A program made the translations under genes and the position numbers. Below are positions 24,196-37,349 of a stretch of DNA of 64,000 nucleotides, piece by piece. The stretch's first letter is position 1; the number at the start of each line of letters is the position of its first letter. The stretch is from the NCBI RefSeq assembly GCF_004010195.1, contig NC_057719.1:28278747-28342746 (forward strand), in the 5' to 3' direction. This DNA is from Chiloscyllium plagiosum. Lineage: Eukaryota. The notes beneath the pieces were generated by a model. It had not been told where the DNA came from. It worked only from the letters and a program-made list of their open reading frames with translations, and searched no databases.

Positions 24196-27095
24196 TTTAA
24201 AAAACCTGGCTGCATAAATGTGGCCAAGTACTGAGTGTAATTACTTTATACTGATCAACAATGGCTCTGTAATTTCTCACTTGAGTTATGTGCTATTGTG
24301 CTATTTCTCAGAACAAAATTCTCCAGGGTTAAACACTCCCATAAAATCACATGTTCACATCGGATTAGTTTAGCTACGTAGGTAGATGTAAAGAACTGTG
24401 CCTATGTTGGTGAACTATGTTTTTTGACAGAACAGGGAGGATCATGTGAGATGAGTTCAAGCTTCACATGAGCAGGAATACAATACATGTGAGACCTTTG
24501 TTTCTTTCAAAGAGAATACTGAGCCTCTGCAATGTATTGCTGGTTGCTTTTCCATTTTCAATATGGAGCTGATCTGGTCCTTGACTGAGGCAGAGGTCAC
24601 ATGGCATAGATGGTTCATGGTAAGATAGTGAACACAATACTCATGTGTGAACTGGTTTTAATCCCCTGCAAATGACAGAGTTTTGCAGAGTATATTTCTC
24701 TTGGTGGCCCTGGGATTTTGTCTTCTCTTTTCCTGTCTCAGGAGGTTGTACGTCCATGGGAAGGGGAGGTGGTGGAAAGTGTTTTGCCATGACATTCCCA
24801 CCATCATGAGTATGGAGTGGACCCAAAGGACCAACATTGCTTGCACATCAATTTTGTATGTTTATTATGTAAAGCTTCTGTCAAAGACAGTAGACTGAGC
24901 ACAAAATAAAAACAAACTATCCAATTTTCCATGAAGGTTTTTGAGTCGGTTCTTTATTAAATGTGGTTTACTGTCATTTGGGCAGTTACAGAACATTGGG
25001 AACATTTGTTTTCTTGTTTTAGGGGATTTTGGTAAACAATTGGCCAGTGAGTGAACAAAGCAATACCTCGCATTCGGAAGCCGTGCTCATATTTCCCCCC
25101 ACATGCATCATTCCTACTCTAGTCGGTGTCATCAAATGGAATGTAGGTAGAAACTGGGAATATTTCACAGGACTGAGAAGTGGGAAAAGAAAATCCAACA
25201 AAATCAGTGCAACTGAGCAACCTTTTGGAGAACACTTACTGTTTACCTTACTTAAAACTAGGAAGCAGATGATAATATATTGATTTGGTGAGAGATGAAT
25301 GTAAATAAGAAGTGATATTAATTGTGAAATGTGGCCAGAATATAATAAAGCAAATAATAGTTTCTTTTTTTAATAGCTGCATTGATGGTTAGGATACATT
25401 GAGCTGCAATCTGTCTATTCTGATTAGATACAACACAATCAATGTCACGATCAGCCCAAATTCTCGACCTGTGAAATCCAGACAAGTGAATGACCCACAG
25501 AATTGACATTGATGCTGTTTTATTTCCTTTTCTAGTCAAATGTCGGAAACAGATATGGGAGAACAGTTTAATTGGGAGGTTTTATGAGTAAGCTGATGCA
25601 CAGTTAGACATGAGTGGAGAGTGGGAGGAGCTACTGCACTCCCCTGAACATCTCATCAGCTACATTCCAGTTACAGCCAGTAGGACTTTTCTGCTGCTAG
25701 AGGCAGGTGTTCATGTCATGTGGAGATGCATAGGCCCTGCCAAGGAATAACATTTCAATCAAATCTCCTTATCAATTACTCCATGGGTGCTGATAGGTGA
25801 AGGCCATTGACCACTCTACTTTGCTGGGGTCCATTTCTTGTATCAAAGTGATGCTGAAACTAGAATTTGTAAAAGAGTCACATTGGCGACAACAAAATTA
25901 GAGATTGAAGTTCTGCCTTACTATACATCAAACAGCATAATGGCACTGCCAGATTTTCTGTTCTAATTACATAGTACGGATTATGCTCCAGATCTAGGAA
26001 AACAGCATAGCTTACCACAAATGTTGCCAAAAAATTGCTAGAATATAATTTTTTTAACAAACATACACTTTATGAAGTGATTGCATAAACACTCATTAGT
26101 TCTATAGCTAAAAGCAACACTTAGCAAAACTGTAAGGAGAAAAAATGAACTGACCACAACATTGTAGTCCAGAATGCTGTTCAAGTTTGGGGAGAAAAGA
26201 GAAATGTTGTGATAGTAGGGAATAGTGTAGGGGAACACAAACTGTTCTCTGCAGCAAAGACAGAGAGACACAAAGGCAATGTTGTCAACCTCATGCCAAG
26301 GTTCAGGACATCGCTTCTTAGTTGGAGAGGAAATTGGAGTAAGGAGGAGAAGGATCCAGTTGCCATGGTCCACGTTGGTACCAATGACAGAGGTAGAAAT
26401 AGGAAAGATGTTCCATGGAGGGATCACAAGCAGTTTTGAGCTAAATTTAAAAAGCAAGAGTACAAAGTTAATAATCTCTGGAATACTACTCTAGCCACGT
26501 GCAGATTGGTATATAATAAATAAGATGAGAGAGGTAAATGCATGGCTCTGAGATTGGTGTGGGATAAATCGGTTTAATGCAGTGGCGAATCGTGACATAG
26601 GTAAAATAGATCAAAATGTGGGATCAGTTTAGGTGGAAATAAGGAATGCTAAGGGAACAAGGTCACATATGAGAGTTGGACATCGGCCTTTGAAACATTG
26701 GCTCATTCAAATCAAGAAGGAATAAGTCATGTAAGAAGAACAATACAATGGTCATGTATGATTTAAATCTGCGGATTGATTGGATAAATTGAATTTGCAA
26801 GGTAACATGGTAATTACATTTCTGGTGTGCACCTGGGATTGCTTCTTAGAACAGCATGTTGCAGAACCTACCTGACAAAAAGCTATTTTAGATCTAGTAA
26901 CATGTAATAAAACATAGAACATAGAACAATACAGCGCAGAACAGGCACTTCGGCCCTCAATGCTATGCCGACCTGTGAACTTTCTCAGCTCGTCCACCTA
27001 CACTATCCCATAATCATCGATGTGCTTATCTAAGGATTGTTTAAATCTCCCGAATATGGCTGAGGTAACTGAGGTAAGATTAACAAGAGATTGTA

Positions 27096-27251
27096 GCTGA
27101 TGTTTCGAGTCTAACTGACCCTTTGTCAAAGCTTAGACTTGAAATGTCAGCTCTTTTCTCTCCTTACAGATGCTGCCAGACCTGCTGAGATTTTCCAGCA
27201 TTTTCTCTTTTGGTTTCAGATTCCAGCATCCGCAGTAATTTGCTTTTAATT
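27096..27251. mobile_element. Short PLE fold-back with 16-bp TSD
   Basis: Same family as 6802-7050; ttaacaagagattgta at 27080-27095 and 27252-27267. Confidence 0.85.
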
Positions 27252-27366
27252 TTAACAAGAGATTGTATTTTGTTAAGAATCCTCTAAGGGGTAGCAATCA
27301 CAATATGATAGAATTTCAAATTCAATCTGAGGGAAAGCAACCAATTACAGAGGAATGAGAAAAGAA

Positions 27367-27690
27367 GGGACGGCACAGTGATTCAGTGGTTAGCACTGTT
27401 GCCTCACAGTGCTAGGGACCAAAGTTCAATTCCCACCTTGGGCAACTGTCAGGGTGGAGTTTGCGCATCCTCCCTGTGTCTACATGGGTTTCCTCCGGAT
27501 GCTCCCGTTTCCTCCCACAATCCAAAGATGTGCAGGTTAGGTAAATTGTCCATAGTGTTCAGGGATGTGTAGGTTAAGTGCATGTGTAGGTTAAGTGCAT
27601 TTAGTCAGGGGTAAATGTAGAGCAGGGGGAGAATTGGTCTGGGTGGGCTACTCTTCAGAGGGTTCGTGTGACTGTTGCTGGAGAGATTCT
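27367..27690 (+). mobile_element. HE1-like V-SINE nested in CR1
   Basis: cagtggttagcactg head, B-box gttcaattcc, V-domain. Confidence 0.85.
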
Positions 27691-30149
27691 ATGAGTTGTC
27701 TAATGTAAACTGGGAAATATCAGTGGATGCACAATGGCAAACATTTTGGCAGCTATTTCTCACAACACTCAGCAAAGTTTGTACTGGACAGAAGAAGGAC
27801 TTGATAAGAAGAATGAATGACTCATAGTTAACAAAGGGGGTCAAGGAGAATATTCAATCAAAACTACGACATACAAAGTGATGAAAACTAATTGTAGGCC
27901 AGATGATTAGAATTTTTTAAGAACTAGCTGCAGATGACTGAAAAGAAATCAAAGAAAATTGATTATGAAAATAAATTGGCAAGAAATATAAAATCAAATA
28001 GCAAGAGCTACTACAAGTATGTGAAAGAAGAGTACATAGAGTAAGAACGAGATCCTTGGAGGACACAACTTTGGAATTGATAATGGGGAACAGGTAAATG
28101 GCAGATAATTAAACCAATATTTTACATTGGTCTTCACATTAGAGGACACTATAAACATCCTGAAGATAACGGATGAGCTAGTATTAATTGGAAGAAAGAT
28201 CATGTAACAGTCTGACTCTCTAGGGACAAAGAATTGATCAAACTAATGGGACTAGAGGCAGACAAATCACCAGGACCAGATAGCTTGGCACCATTGATTT
28301 TAAAGGAAGTGGTTGCACAGATAGTGGAGACATTGGTTGAACTCACTAGATTCCAAGAGGTTCCAGGGAATTGAAAAACTGCTAATGGGATGTCCTTGTT
28401 TAGAATGGTGGGAGACAGAATGATGGAAACTATAGGCCAATTAGCCTAATATACGTTGTTGGGAAAATGTTAAAATTCATCATGAAGGAATAAAGAACAG
28501 GGCATTTAAAAAAGCTTAACATAGTCAAGCAGAGTCAACATGGTTTTGTGAAAAGGAAGTAATGTTTGACAAATTTGCCAAAGTTCATTGAGGATATAAT
28601 AAGTAGACTTGATAAAGAGGATTTGGTAGATGTAGAGTATTTGTATTTTGAGGAGACATTCAATAAGGTGCCATATAAAAGGTTATTGTACAAGATAGAA
28701 GCTCACAGTTTTGAGGGTAGTGTATTTGCATGTATTGAGGATGGTTGAGCACATAAATACAGCATCAGGATCAATGGATCATTTTTCAGGTTGGAGAGAT
28801 GTAACTAACAGAGTTTCACAAAAATCAATCTGAGGACCTCAGTTATTTACTGCCTACTGTACATTAATGAATGGGGAAGGGAGCAGAGTATAATCTATCC
28901 TTATTTGATAATAATATGAAAATACATTGAAGGATATATTGTGATCAGGACGTAAGGAATCTGCAAGTTGAATGAAAGGGCAAAACCTTGGTAGGAATAT
29001 TCAAAAGGCTGCATATTAATTGGATGGAGAAAGACTCCAAAAGAAGAGCAGCACAAGGAGATTTGGATGTTCTTGTGGATGAAACATTAAACAGTAACAT
29101 GCAGATGTAGCAAGTAACTAAGAAAACAAATCAGATTTTGACCTTTATTATTTGGGGATTAGAGTTTAAAAACAGGAAAATCTTGTTAAAATTGTACAGA
29201 TTGTTGGTAAGACTATACCTGGAGTATAGTGTACTGTTTATTTAAAGAAGAATACAATGGCAACAGGGACTGTTCAAAAGAGATTCACTAGGCTGATTGC
29301 TGGGTTTAACCTATCAAGAATGGCTAACCAGGTTAGGCTATTAATCATTAGAGTTTTGAAGAATGAGGGGTGATCTTATTGAAACATACAAGATTTAGAC
29401 AAGGTTTGACAGGCTCTTATTGAGAAGCATTTCCACTAGTTGGAGAATCTTGGACTCGGGGACATAGTTACAGGATAAAGGAAACCTCATTTAAAAGTGA
29501 GTTAAAAAGGAATTTCTTCTCCCGGGGCAGTGAATATCTGGAATTCTCTATCTGAGAGTTTTTAAAAACTTCAGCAGCTTCAATTCTTGTGGTTAAAAAT
29601 TACATAATACCAGCCCTTGTTGGACGAAACCTGTGATTTTCAACTTTGTCCACCCCAGTCCAACATCGGCATCTCCACATCAAGTCTTGTAGGCACATGT
29701 AAAGCTGGTCCTAATGGCATACTGAGTTTTTTCTACATCACCATTTGTTCTGTTGACCCTCGGACACAAATGACATCTAACCAAAGAAGGAAATATTAGA
29801 GCAGTTGACTAAACATTTTGCAAAAGAGGTAGGGTTTAAGGAACAAATTAAATCAGGAGAAAGAATTGCAGATACAGCAAGGTTAAGGGTTGAAATTTAA
29901 AAACTTGGATGGCTGGAGGTATTGTGCCTCTGGACAGTTGAAGGTTGAACAAGATACACAAGAGATCAGAGGAGAAGGAATGTGGAGCTCCAGGTAGAGT
30001 TGTAGGGCTAGAGACAGGGAATATTGAGGCCATAATAGGTTTTAAAACACAAGTTTATTAAAATCAGTTGCAAGTATAAAGTGGTATAGAAGCACATTGA
30101 GCTTACAAGTTGTACAATATATAACTAGTAGACTAAGGTATTAACTTTG

Positions 30150-30399
30150 TGGGCGGCACGGTGGCACAGTGGTTAGCACTGCTGCCTCACGGCGCCGGAG
30201 ACCCGGGTTCAATTCCCGCCTCAGGCAACTGACTGTGTGGAGTTTGCACGTTCTCCCCGTGTCTGCGTGGGTTTCCTCCGGGTGCTCCGGTTTCCTCCCA
30301 CAGTCCAAAGATGNNNNNNNNNNNNNNNNNNNNNNNNNNNTGGACTTGTTGGGCCGAAGGGCCTGTTTCCACACTGTAAGTAATCTAATCTAATCTAAT
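30150..30399 (+). mobile_element. Young HE1-like V-SINE (contains N gap)
   Basis: CpG-rich head with A/B boxes and (ctaat)n tail. Confidence 0.92.
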
Positions 30400-31236
30400 A
30401 TAAATAATTGCTAACTACTTTATTTCATGTTTCTAGATATTGTCAATTTATTACACAAATTTCACTGAAGACACAGTTCTGTCACTTCAAATGTTGACTT
30501 CATAAGCTGCATTTTTATCAAAGGCTTGGAATACTAACTGACTGTTGTTTAATACAAGAACACATGTTCCTAATTTTATTTTGAGCGTTACCCCTAGAAG
30601 TCTATATAAGTACATTTTAGCAGCTATTAACAAAGATGGAGAACTCCCGATAAATCTTGACTTGTGTATCAGTTTTCTGACAGTGAAGTGTTCTGCGTGG
30701 TCTTCTCAGCAGAATGAACAACTTAGTAGACTAAGGTATTAACTTGCTCTAACTTAATCTTTAAAAATAGAATACAGTGTTTAAAAATCTTAAAACCAAT
30801 GACATCTCACAACTTTCTCGAATATGTCCAAAGGATGGAGTTATGTTATGGTTTGTGTCACAGTGCTTAGAGCGACGGAAGAACCATAAAGTAACAGAAA
30901 TTTGGATGTTCTGCAGCAGTTGTCAGAGGTCACAAACAGGGTTATATTAGCTCCAGAAAAATCGGACTCCCGTGATCAACTATAGAATATTACATTTTCA
31001 CCCATCAGATTTGTAACGAGCATTCTGAAGGATTTCTTAAAATACACATTAGGTTAATAAACTACCCTCACCCATTTTATTGAAAATAGAGGGACATGTT
31101 GGAATACTTTTTAATTTCAAATACTTCTTTGTCAAAATTAGTGAAAACAGAAATGATATCCTATTCCTAACTAAAAATGTAATTAAAACTAAAAGAACAT
31201 GAAAGAGTTACATTATATGGGCAGCATGGTGACTTT

Positions 31237-31585
31237 AAGGGCGGCATGAATGCTCAGTGGTTAGCACTGTTTTCTCACAGCACCTAGGACCTGGGTTCAA
31301 TTCCAGCCTCAGGCAACTGTCTGTGTGGAGTTTGCACATTCTCCCCGTGTCTGCCAGGTGCTTGTGGTTTCCTCCCGCAGTCCAAAGATGTGCAGGTTAG
31401 GTAGATTGGCCATGCTAAATTGTCCACATTTTCCAGGGATGTGCAGGCTAGGTGGATTAGCCATGGGAAATGCAGGGTGAAAGAGATAGGGTAAGGGGTT
31501 GGGTCTAAGTGGGATGCTCCTCTTTGGACGGTCAGTGTGGACTTGATGGGCTGAATGGCCTGCTTCCACACTGTAAGGACTCTAT
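31237..31585 (+). mobile_element. HE1-like V-SINE
   Basis: Full head, V-domain and tail. Confidence 0.88.
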
Positions 31586-32817
31586 GAGTACACAAAGTTT
31601 TGAAAAGCTGAACAAAAGTGAACAATCATTATGAGTATATTACAGAGCAAAAACCTGTTGGAAGAAAATTGAGGATGAAATTTGTAAGCAACTCAGAGAT
31701 GTGCGTATTAATACTGGAGTTCTAATTCTATATGTTAAGTTACTGGGATAGAAAAAGTGACGATTGTGCAAAGGGCACAATTTTGGCAGTAAATTCAAAC
31801 TGTTTTCTCAGTCAATATGTTGTTATTCCAATGAAAAGGAAGTATTACTTGACCTGCGTCAGGTCAATGAAGCAGGGAAAATACTTGACAGCGAAATAAT
31901 TGTGAATTAGTGACTGTGATAGCTCTCAAGACACTGCATGAACAGAAAAGGTAAAAGAAAAGTCAACTACAAGGGCATTTGAATTAAAACAAAAGCAAAT
32001 AGCCGAGTGAAAAGAGACTACATCCAAATTAACTGGAATTGGCAAACAAAACCAGTGATTAGTAACAGATAATGTTTAAGTAGGATATGGAAATGATTAC
32101 AAATTGAACGTATTCCAGTAAGATAAAAGATAGTTCATTGTACAATGCAGAGTTTCTATGAATGAATTGGGAAATTAGATCAATTTAAAACTAAAAAAAA
32201 ATGTATTGCCCAGATCATTAAAAAGTTCAATCCCATGTCAGGAAGACAAAAAATGCAATCCAAGTAAAATAAAAGATATTAGAGGGGAACAAAAAGCTTA
32301 ATAAATGAGGTTAGTTTAAATAAATATCTTGAAGAAGGAGAGGTGGGGAGAACATGTCAAAATGCTAAGTTGAAGGCATGGCTACCATTGGTAGTGCAGG
32401 AGAGTGGGATGTCAAATCACAAAAGGAGATGACAGCATCTCAGGAAAACAAACTGCTCAAGGAGGGGATCACAGTACTTGAGGATGTTAAAGATATCTGG
32501 AGGAGTAGAGTAATGGGAAGACTTAAGTATGAAGATGAGAAGTTCAAATGGAAGTTATATCAATGGGTGGAGTTTTCCCTTCCTGGAGTTGGCTAGACAG
32601 ATAGCAAGGAGGGGAAATAGTTGGGTGAGTTTGCCTTAGACAGAAACTCCCTTTGTCTCTTGTACAATGAAGTACTGGGTGAGAAGATCAATGATTGACT
32701 TCTTCAACACACCAATATTTTAGGACCTTAATGATCACTTCAGGCGATAGACTTATTGCTTCCCCAGTCACCTGCTTCCTCGATGAGTGAGAAAATATAC
32801 ACTGGTTGATGAAACAA

Positions 32818-33426
32818 CAAGAGTCTAGATGAGGGTGGTGCTAGAAAAGCACAGCAGGTCAGACAGCATCTGAGGATCAGGAAAATTGACATTTTGGGCA
32901 AAAGCCCTTCATCAGGAATAGAGGCAGGGTGACTGCAGTGTGGAGAGATAAATGACAGGTGGGTGGGGGTGGGGAGAAAGTAGCATAGAGTACAATAGGT
33001 GAATGGGGGTTGGGATGGTGGTGATAGGTCAGAGAGGAGGGTGGGATGGCTGTTTCAGGACATGGTTGAAGAGCTTCAGGGCAGAGGAGATGACCTGGAG
33101 GTTGCAGTGAGAGTGAGACTCACTGAGATTCTTGTAGAGAGAGGAGGAAAACTTCGTCAAGGCAGGCATTCTTGTAAGAGGATTCGCAATACTTTGGGCA
33201 AAAGCCCTTCATCAGGAATAGAGGCAGGAAGCTTCAGGGTGGAGAGATAAATGAGGGGGTGGGCCTGGGGAGAAGGTAGCAAAGAGGACATTAGGTGAAT
33301 GGGGGTGGGAATGGAGGTGATAGGTCAGAGAGGAGGGTGGGGGAAGGTGGCAAAGAGTACAAAGGGTGAATGGGGGTGGGATTGGAGGTGATAGGTCAGA
33401 AAGGAGGGTGGAGTGGCTGTTTCAGG
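32818..33426 (-). mobile_element. PLE 3' end with partial tandem terminal repeats
   Basis: tttgggcaaaagcccttcatcaggaatagaggcagg occurs at ~32892 and ~33193, followed by purine-rich subrepeats. Confidence 0.8.
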
Positions 33427-33655
33427 AGACAAGTACAGTGCACAAATTTTCATAATTGCAGAAAGATGGGGGCAGTAGAAAGTCAAAAAATGTCAGAGTT
33501 GTAGAAGTTATTAGAATGCAATGGAAGAAGAGAAATATTAAAATGGGATTGAGATCACGTGAGAAAATGGGATTAGATTAATCTCTTGTGGATCAATTTA
33601 CTTGTACCTGAATAATGGAATAATAATGTGTTATTGCACTATAAGCATCTAGCAG

Positions 33656-33716
33656 ACGGAAGAGGACCGGAAGAGAGAGCTCTCCACCATTATAAAAATT
33701 ACGTTGCCATAGCAGT
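33656..33716 (+). promoter_or_regulatory. Promoter-like motif cluster (two ETS sites, TATA, RFX X-box)
   Basis: ACGGAAG 33656, ACCGGAAG 33666, TATAAAAA 33691, GTTGCCATAGCAGT 33703. Confidence 0.3.
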
Positions 33717-34454
33717 AACTTTGTCGTTAGATTTTAGCACTTCATTTCTCAAAAAGGATAATAGAGCCTAATTGCAAAATAAGTGATGTATCACCCAAAT
33801 ATTGCAACAAATTTTCTTGAGCTTTACATCTCTGTCTCTCTCTCTCTCTTTCTCTCATCAAAATGGCTGGCTCTGAAGACGTCCAAAGGACTTTGCAGTT
33901 CCTTGTGTTCTACCTGCACAACCTGAAGAAGACTGCATATCACACTAACTGTTGTAAATTGTTTTCTCCTGTCACCCTATGGGTCTTTTCCTTCACAACT
34001 GTAAATGCCAGGCACTAAGTATTCTGGAGTAGAGACACGTGCTTCCACAATAGCTCAGTAAATTATTCAGCGACTAGCTGAGCTTACAGACTCAAAGTTT
34101 CAGGTTTAATTCCCAGTCTGTGATGTTGCTCACTGTCAAGTTGATATGGCAGTACAAATGCTACTAGTTGACCTCAACACCCTCAGAATTGGCAGGAGGG
34201 GAGAGAAAATGATTCCAGAATTCTTGTTCCTGCCCACCACTACTGGAAATAAACATCCATGGACTGGGTGGAGCTGAAATATGATGTTGCCACATGCACT
34301 TCTGATATTCCCCCATAAGCCATCTGGGTCAGTGGTCAATATCAGAAGTTTGATTTATAGTTTTGACATCTAATGCAGAGGGAAAGAAAGTCAAATTTTA
34401 GGGCAATATGTCAATTGTAAGCAAGTGGTTAAATAGGAGTTGCGAATCTAGGAT

Positions 34455-35290
34455 AATACAAACAGAAGATGCTGGAAGGAGTTGGCAGGTCTAGCAGCAT
34501 CTGTGGAGATGGAAACAAAGTTAACATTTCACTTTTGGAATCTTTTGGGGAGTGTTAGAAATGCCATCGATGTTGAGTGAGTGAAAGGGGGTAGAATCAA
34601 GGACAAGTGGCATAGTCAGGAACAGACATAGTAAAAAGAATGTGTCCAGAGGAGGTCTGGATGGTAGAGTCTGAAAACAAAATAGTGGAAATAATTGTGA
34701 ACTGAGACTAAAGAAACAAACCAGCAATGAAAATGGAAGAAAATGAAGATCAAGAGTTTGAACTAATGCTATTAAACTCAATGCAGAGTTCAGAAGACTG
34801 TAACATAATCATTCAAAAGACAAGATCCTTTCCCTCAAACCTTCATGAGGTCAAAAATGGAAAGGTAAGAGTGGGAACAAGGTGGAAATTAAAACAATAG
34901 GTGACTGGAGCTCAGGCATATATTTGTGGATTGAGATGAAGCCACCCAGCCTGTGTTTGGTCTCATGACTATAGAGAAGACAATACATCAGCTGCAAATA
35001 CAGTATATTACATTGAAAAAAATACAAAGTAAATCACAATTCCATCTCAAATGAGTTTTGGGACCTTGGACATTGAGAAGGGTAGAGGTAAAATGGCAGG
35101 TACTGCATTCCATAGAAAGGTGTTGTAGGAAAGGGATGATATATTGGAGTGAGTGAGGAATTGACAACAGATATAGTAGAGGGAACAGCTCATTCAGAAT
35201 CCTGAAAGTGGAGAGGAAAAGAAAGTGCCTTTGCTGGGGGGATCAATGCTGGAGGTAGCAGAAATAATGATCCATTGATCAGGGTGGCTG
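34455..35290 (-). mobile_element. Old decayed PLE
   Basis: Terminal pattern gatgctgg...caggtctagcagcatctgtggaga...gttaacatttc and similarity to 17400-17810. Confidence 0.6.
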
Positions 35291-37349
35291 TTTGATGGTA
35301 GATGATGACAGCAACTTGCAACTTATCTCAGATGCATGGATTGCCAGCAGATATTTCTTCTCCACTCTTGTTTTCTAGACAGTTCCCAAAGTGACCATGA
35401 TGAAGGTGCTGGGAATTGGTAAGTAACAATTGCAAAGAGCTTCCTGAAGGGAAGGCTTGTAGCAGGCTTCCTCTCCCTCCAAACCACTCCCAGTACTTGG
35501 CCCTTGAAAGCTAGAGTCTCTGGTTCTGAACTTTTGTGTGCTGTGTGTCTCTTAATGACCAATGTTGGGTGACTCAGCTCAGCAGCATTGTCTGGAATTG
35601 CTCGCTTTGACACTGAGCTCTGAATAATGATTGATATATTGAGTGTACACCATGCCTACTTTATCAGCTCTGTCACAGCAACATGGACTATAGCTGGGGC
35701 CAATACAAGCAACCCCATTTTGCTAGAACTTTACACCAAATAGTTTTGAACCACAATGAAGAACAATTGGCAGAAGGGTCTCTGCACTCTGCTGTTTCTC
35801 ACAGCTGCTAACACATTGACATTGGCAGACAGAAATGAAGAAGTCACCCAGTCAGGCACTCAATTGAGAATAGTGCACAGCACGGCATGATAAAACCAAA
35901 AGAGAGAAAATAATACCAAACGGAGCACACTTCATTGAATGTAACTTAACTTTCAAAAATGTTCCTTTATCAGCTTCTTTATTTAATTTAAAAGATTGCT
36001 TTAAACAATTTTTCATTGGTTGACAGGTAAAGAATGCTGGTCTCTACTTTCAGCAAGGTAAAAACTGTTTTGCACAAATACAAAATTCATTTTCAAAAAT
36101 GCAAGCACAAAAATTGCAGAGTGCTCAAGTATTGCACTGCTTCAACTATTTCACTGGGACACATTGGACCTTTTCAGTGGATGACGATATTGCATACCTG
36201 CATACACTTTCAATGTGTTTGAATAGCTTCTTTCTCCATCAACACCTCTAGCTAAGCTTTGTGACAGCTGCACCCATTTTCAGTTTACCAAGGTTTTAGC
36301 GAACATATCTTGGTTACATGCTTCAATGCAGAGTATGAATGTTAAAGATCAAAACCATCAAAAACGTTTTTTCTCTTTAGAAATGAGGAGCATGCTGGTG
36401 CTGATAGGATGGCCAATTGTATACAACTCATGACAGGTCAGCTGCAAGTGAATCTTTAAAGATGAGGCAAGGCTCTTTCTTGATGTGAATTAACGTCCAG
36501 CTGATGCGTATCTAGGAATGGATCATAGTGCCGGATGCAGATCAATACAAACTTCATCATTAATATAACTCTTAAGAGACCAGATTAAAAGGATGTACAG
36601 TAATACCAGCTTTAATTTTCCTAGAAGATAGATGCAAAGTGCTATCATTTTGTGAGTAAGGGAGTTTTAATTTATTTGTAAAAGCCTCATTTTTGTTTGT
36701 ATATAGCAATTAACCAGAATCTGCTGTTTCAATTCTAAGTTTCTCAGCATGAAGCAGAGTTTCACAAGATCTCCACTAGAAGAGAAGTTGAGGTTAGATA
36801 ACTAAGAAACTGGCTGAAAAGGTTTTTTTCTGTAACAGGGGTCAGCTAGCACTTTGTTTCAGAAACATACAAAGCCAGACATCTGACTGCAACTTGGCAC
36901 AGAGTATTGCTTTGAACCGAGTGCTGGTTGGAGTTTGGTGATTAATGGAATTAGGTATAGGAGGGGCTCTGAAGCAGAGATTAAGCATACATGAGTCCTT
37001 TTATGTTTGACAAGATGTACCACAGGAATCAGTGCTTTTGTACTTTTTGCAATCTACTAAAAGTTGTGTTTGTCAGCCCCACTCAAGCTTTCTAATGCGG
37101 AGTGTAATACACCAAAATGATCAGTACAACCTCCTGTGTTGATTCAGCTAATTCAAATTTAGTTATCACAATCCTCCAAATAAAGGGACAGCATAAAACG
37201 GTTTTGATACAGGAGTACACATCTTTACTGGGCTTTCCAAAGGGGTGTGTGATGTACCAAACAGATCATCATGAGTTCCAATGGTGTTAATAGCTCTCAT
37301 TCAATGTAAAAATCAACATCACAACTTTGGTCTTGTGGGCCAGTTGGCC

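Larger units (their letters stand above)
20794..25587 (+). pseudogene. Candidate decayed multi-exon gene or spliced lncRNA (blocks 20794-20960, 21651-21783, 24513-24619, 24742-24855, 25023-25146, 25536-25587)
   Basis: Each block has a polypyrimidine-AG acceptor and a GT/GC donor; the last four join in compatible phases with one TGA; product not recognised. Confidence 0.3.
26195..29560 (+). mobile_element. Long decayed CR1: ORF1 SGNH-esterase, then ORF2 EN/RT, with nested insertions
   Basis: DPVAMVHVGTNDRGR (CR1 ORF1 esterase motif); LVDVEYLYFEETFNKVPYKRLL (RT); many stops. Confidence 0.8.

Noticed and set aside
24790..24792. In-frame TGA as selenocysteine
   Set aside because: No selenoprotein similarity or SECIS recognised; CGA>TGA decay or non-coding status is simpler
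24742..24855. Alternative frame RLYVHGKGRWWKVFCHD..W..NIAC..LGF resembling an SRCR domain
   Set aside because: Both neighbouring blocks have several stops in that frame and the similarity is too weak to call; worth including in an HMM test
30150..30225. tRNA genes
   Set aside because: The A/B boxes belong to SINE heads followed by V-domains
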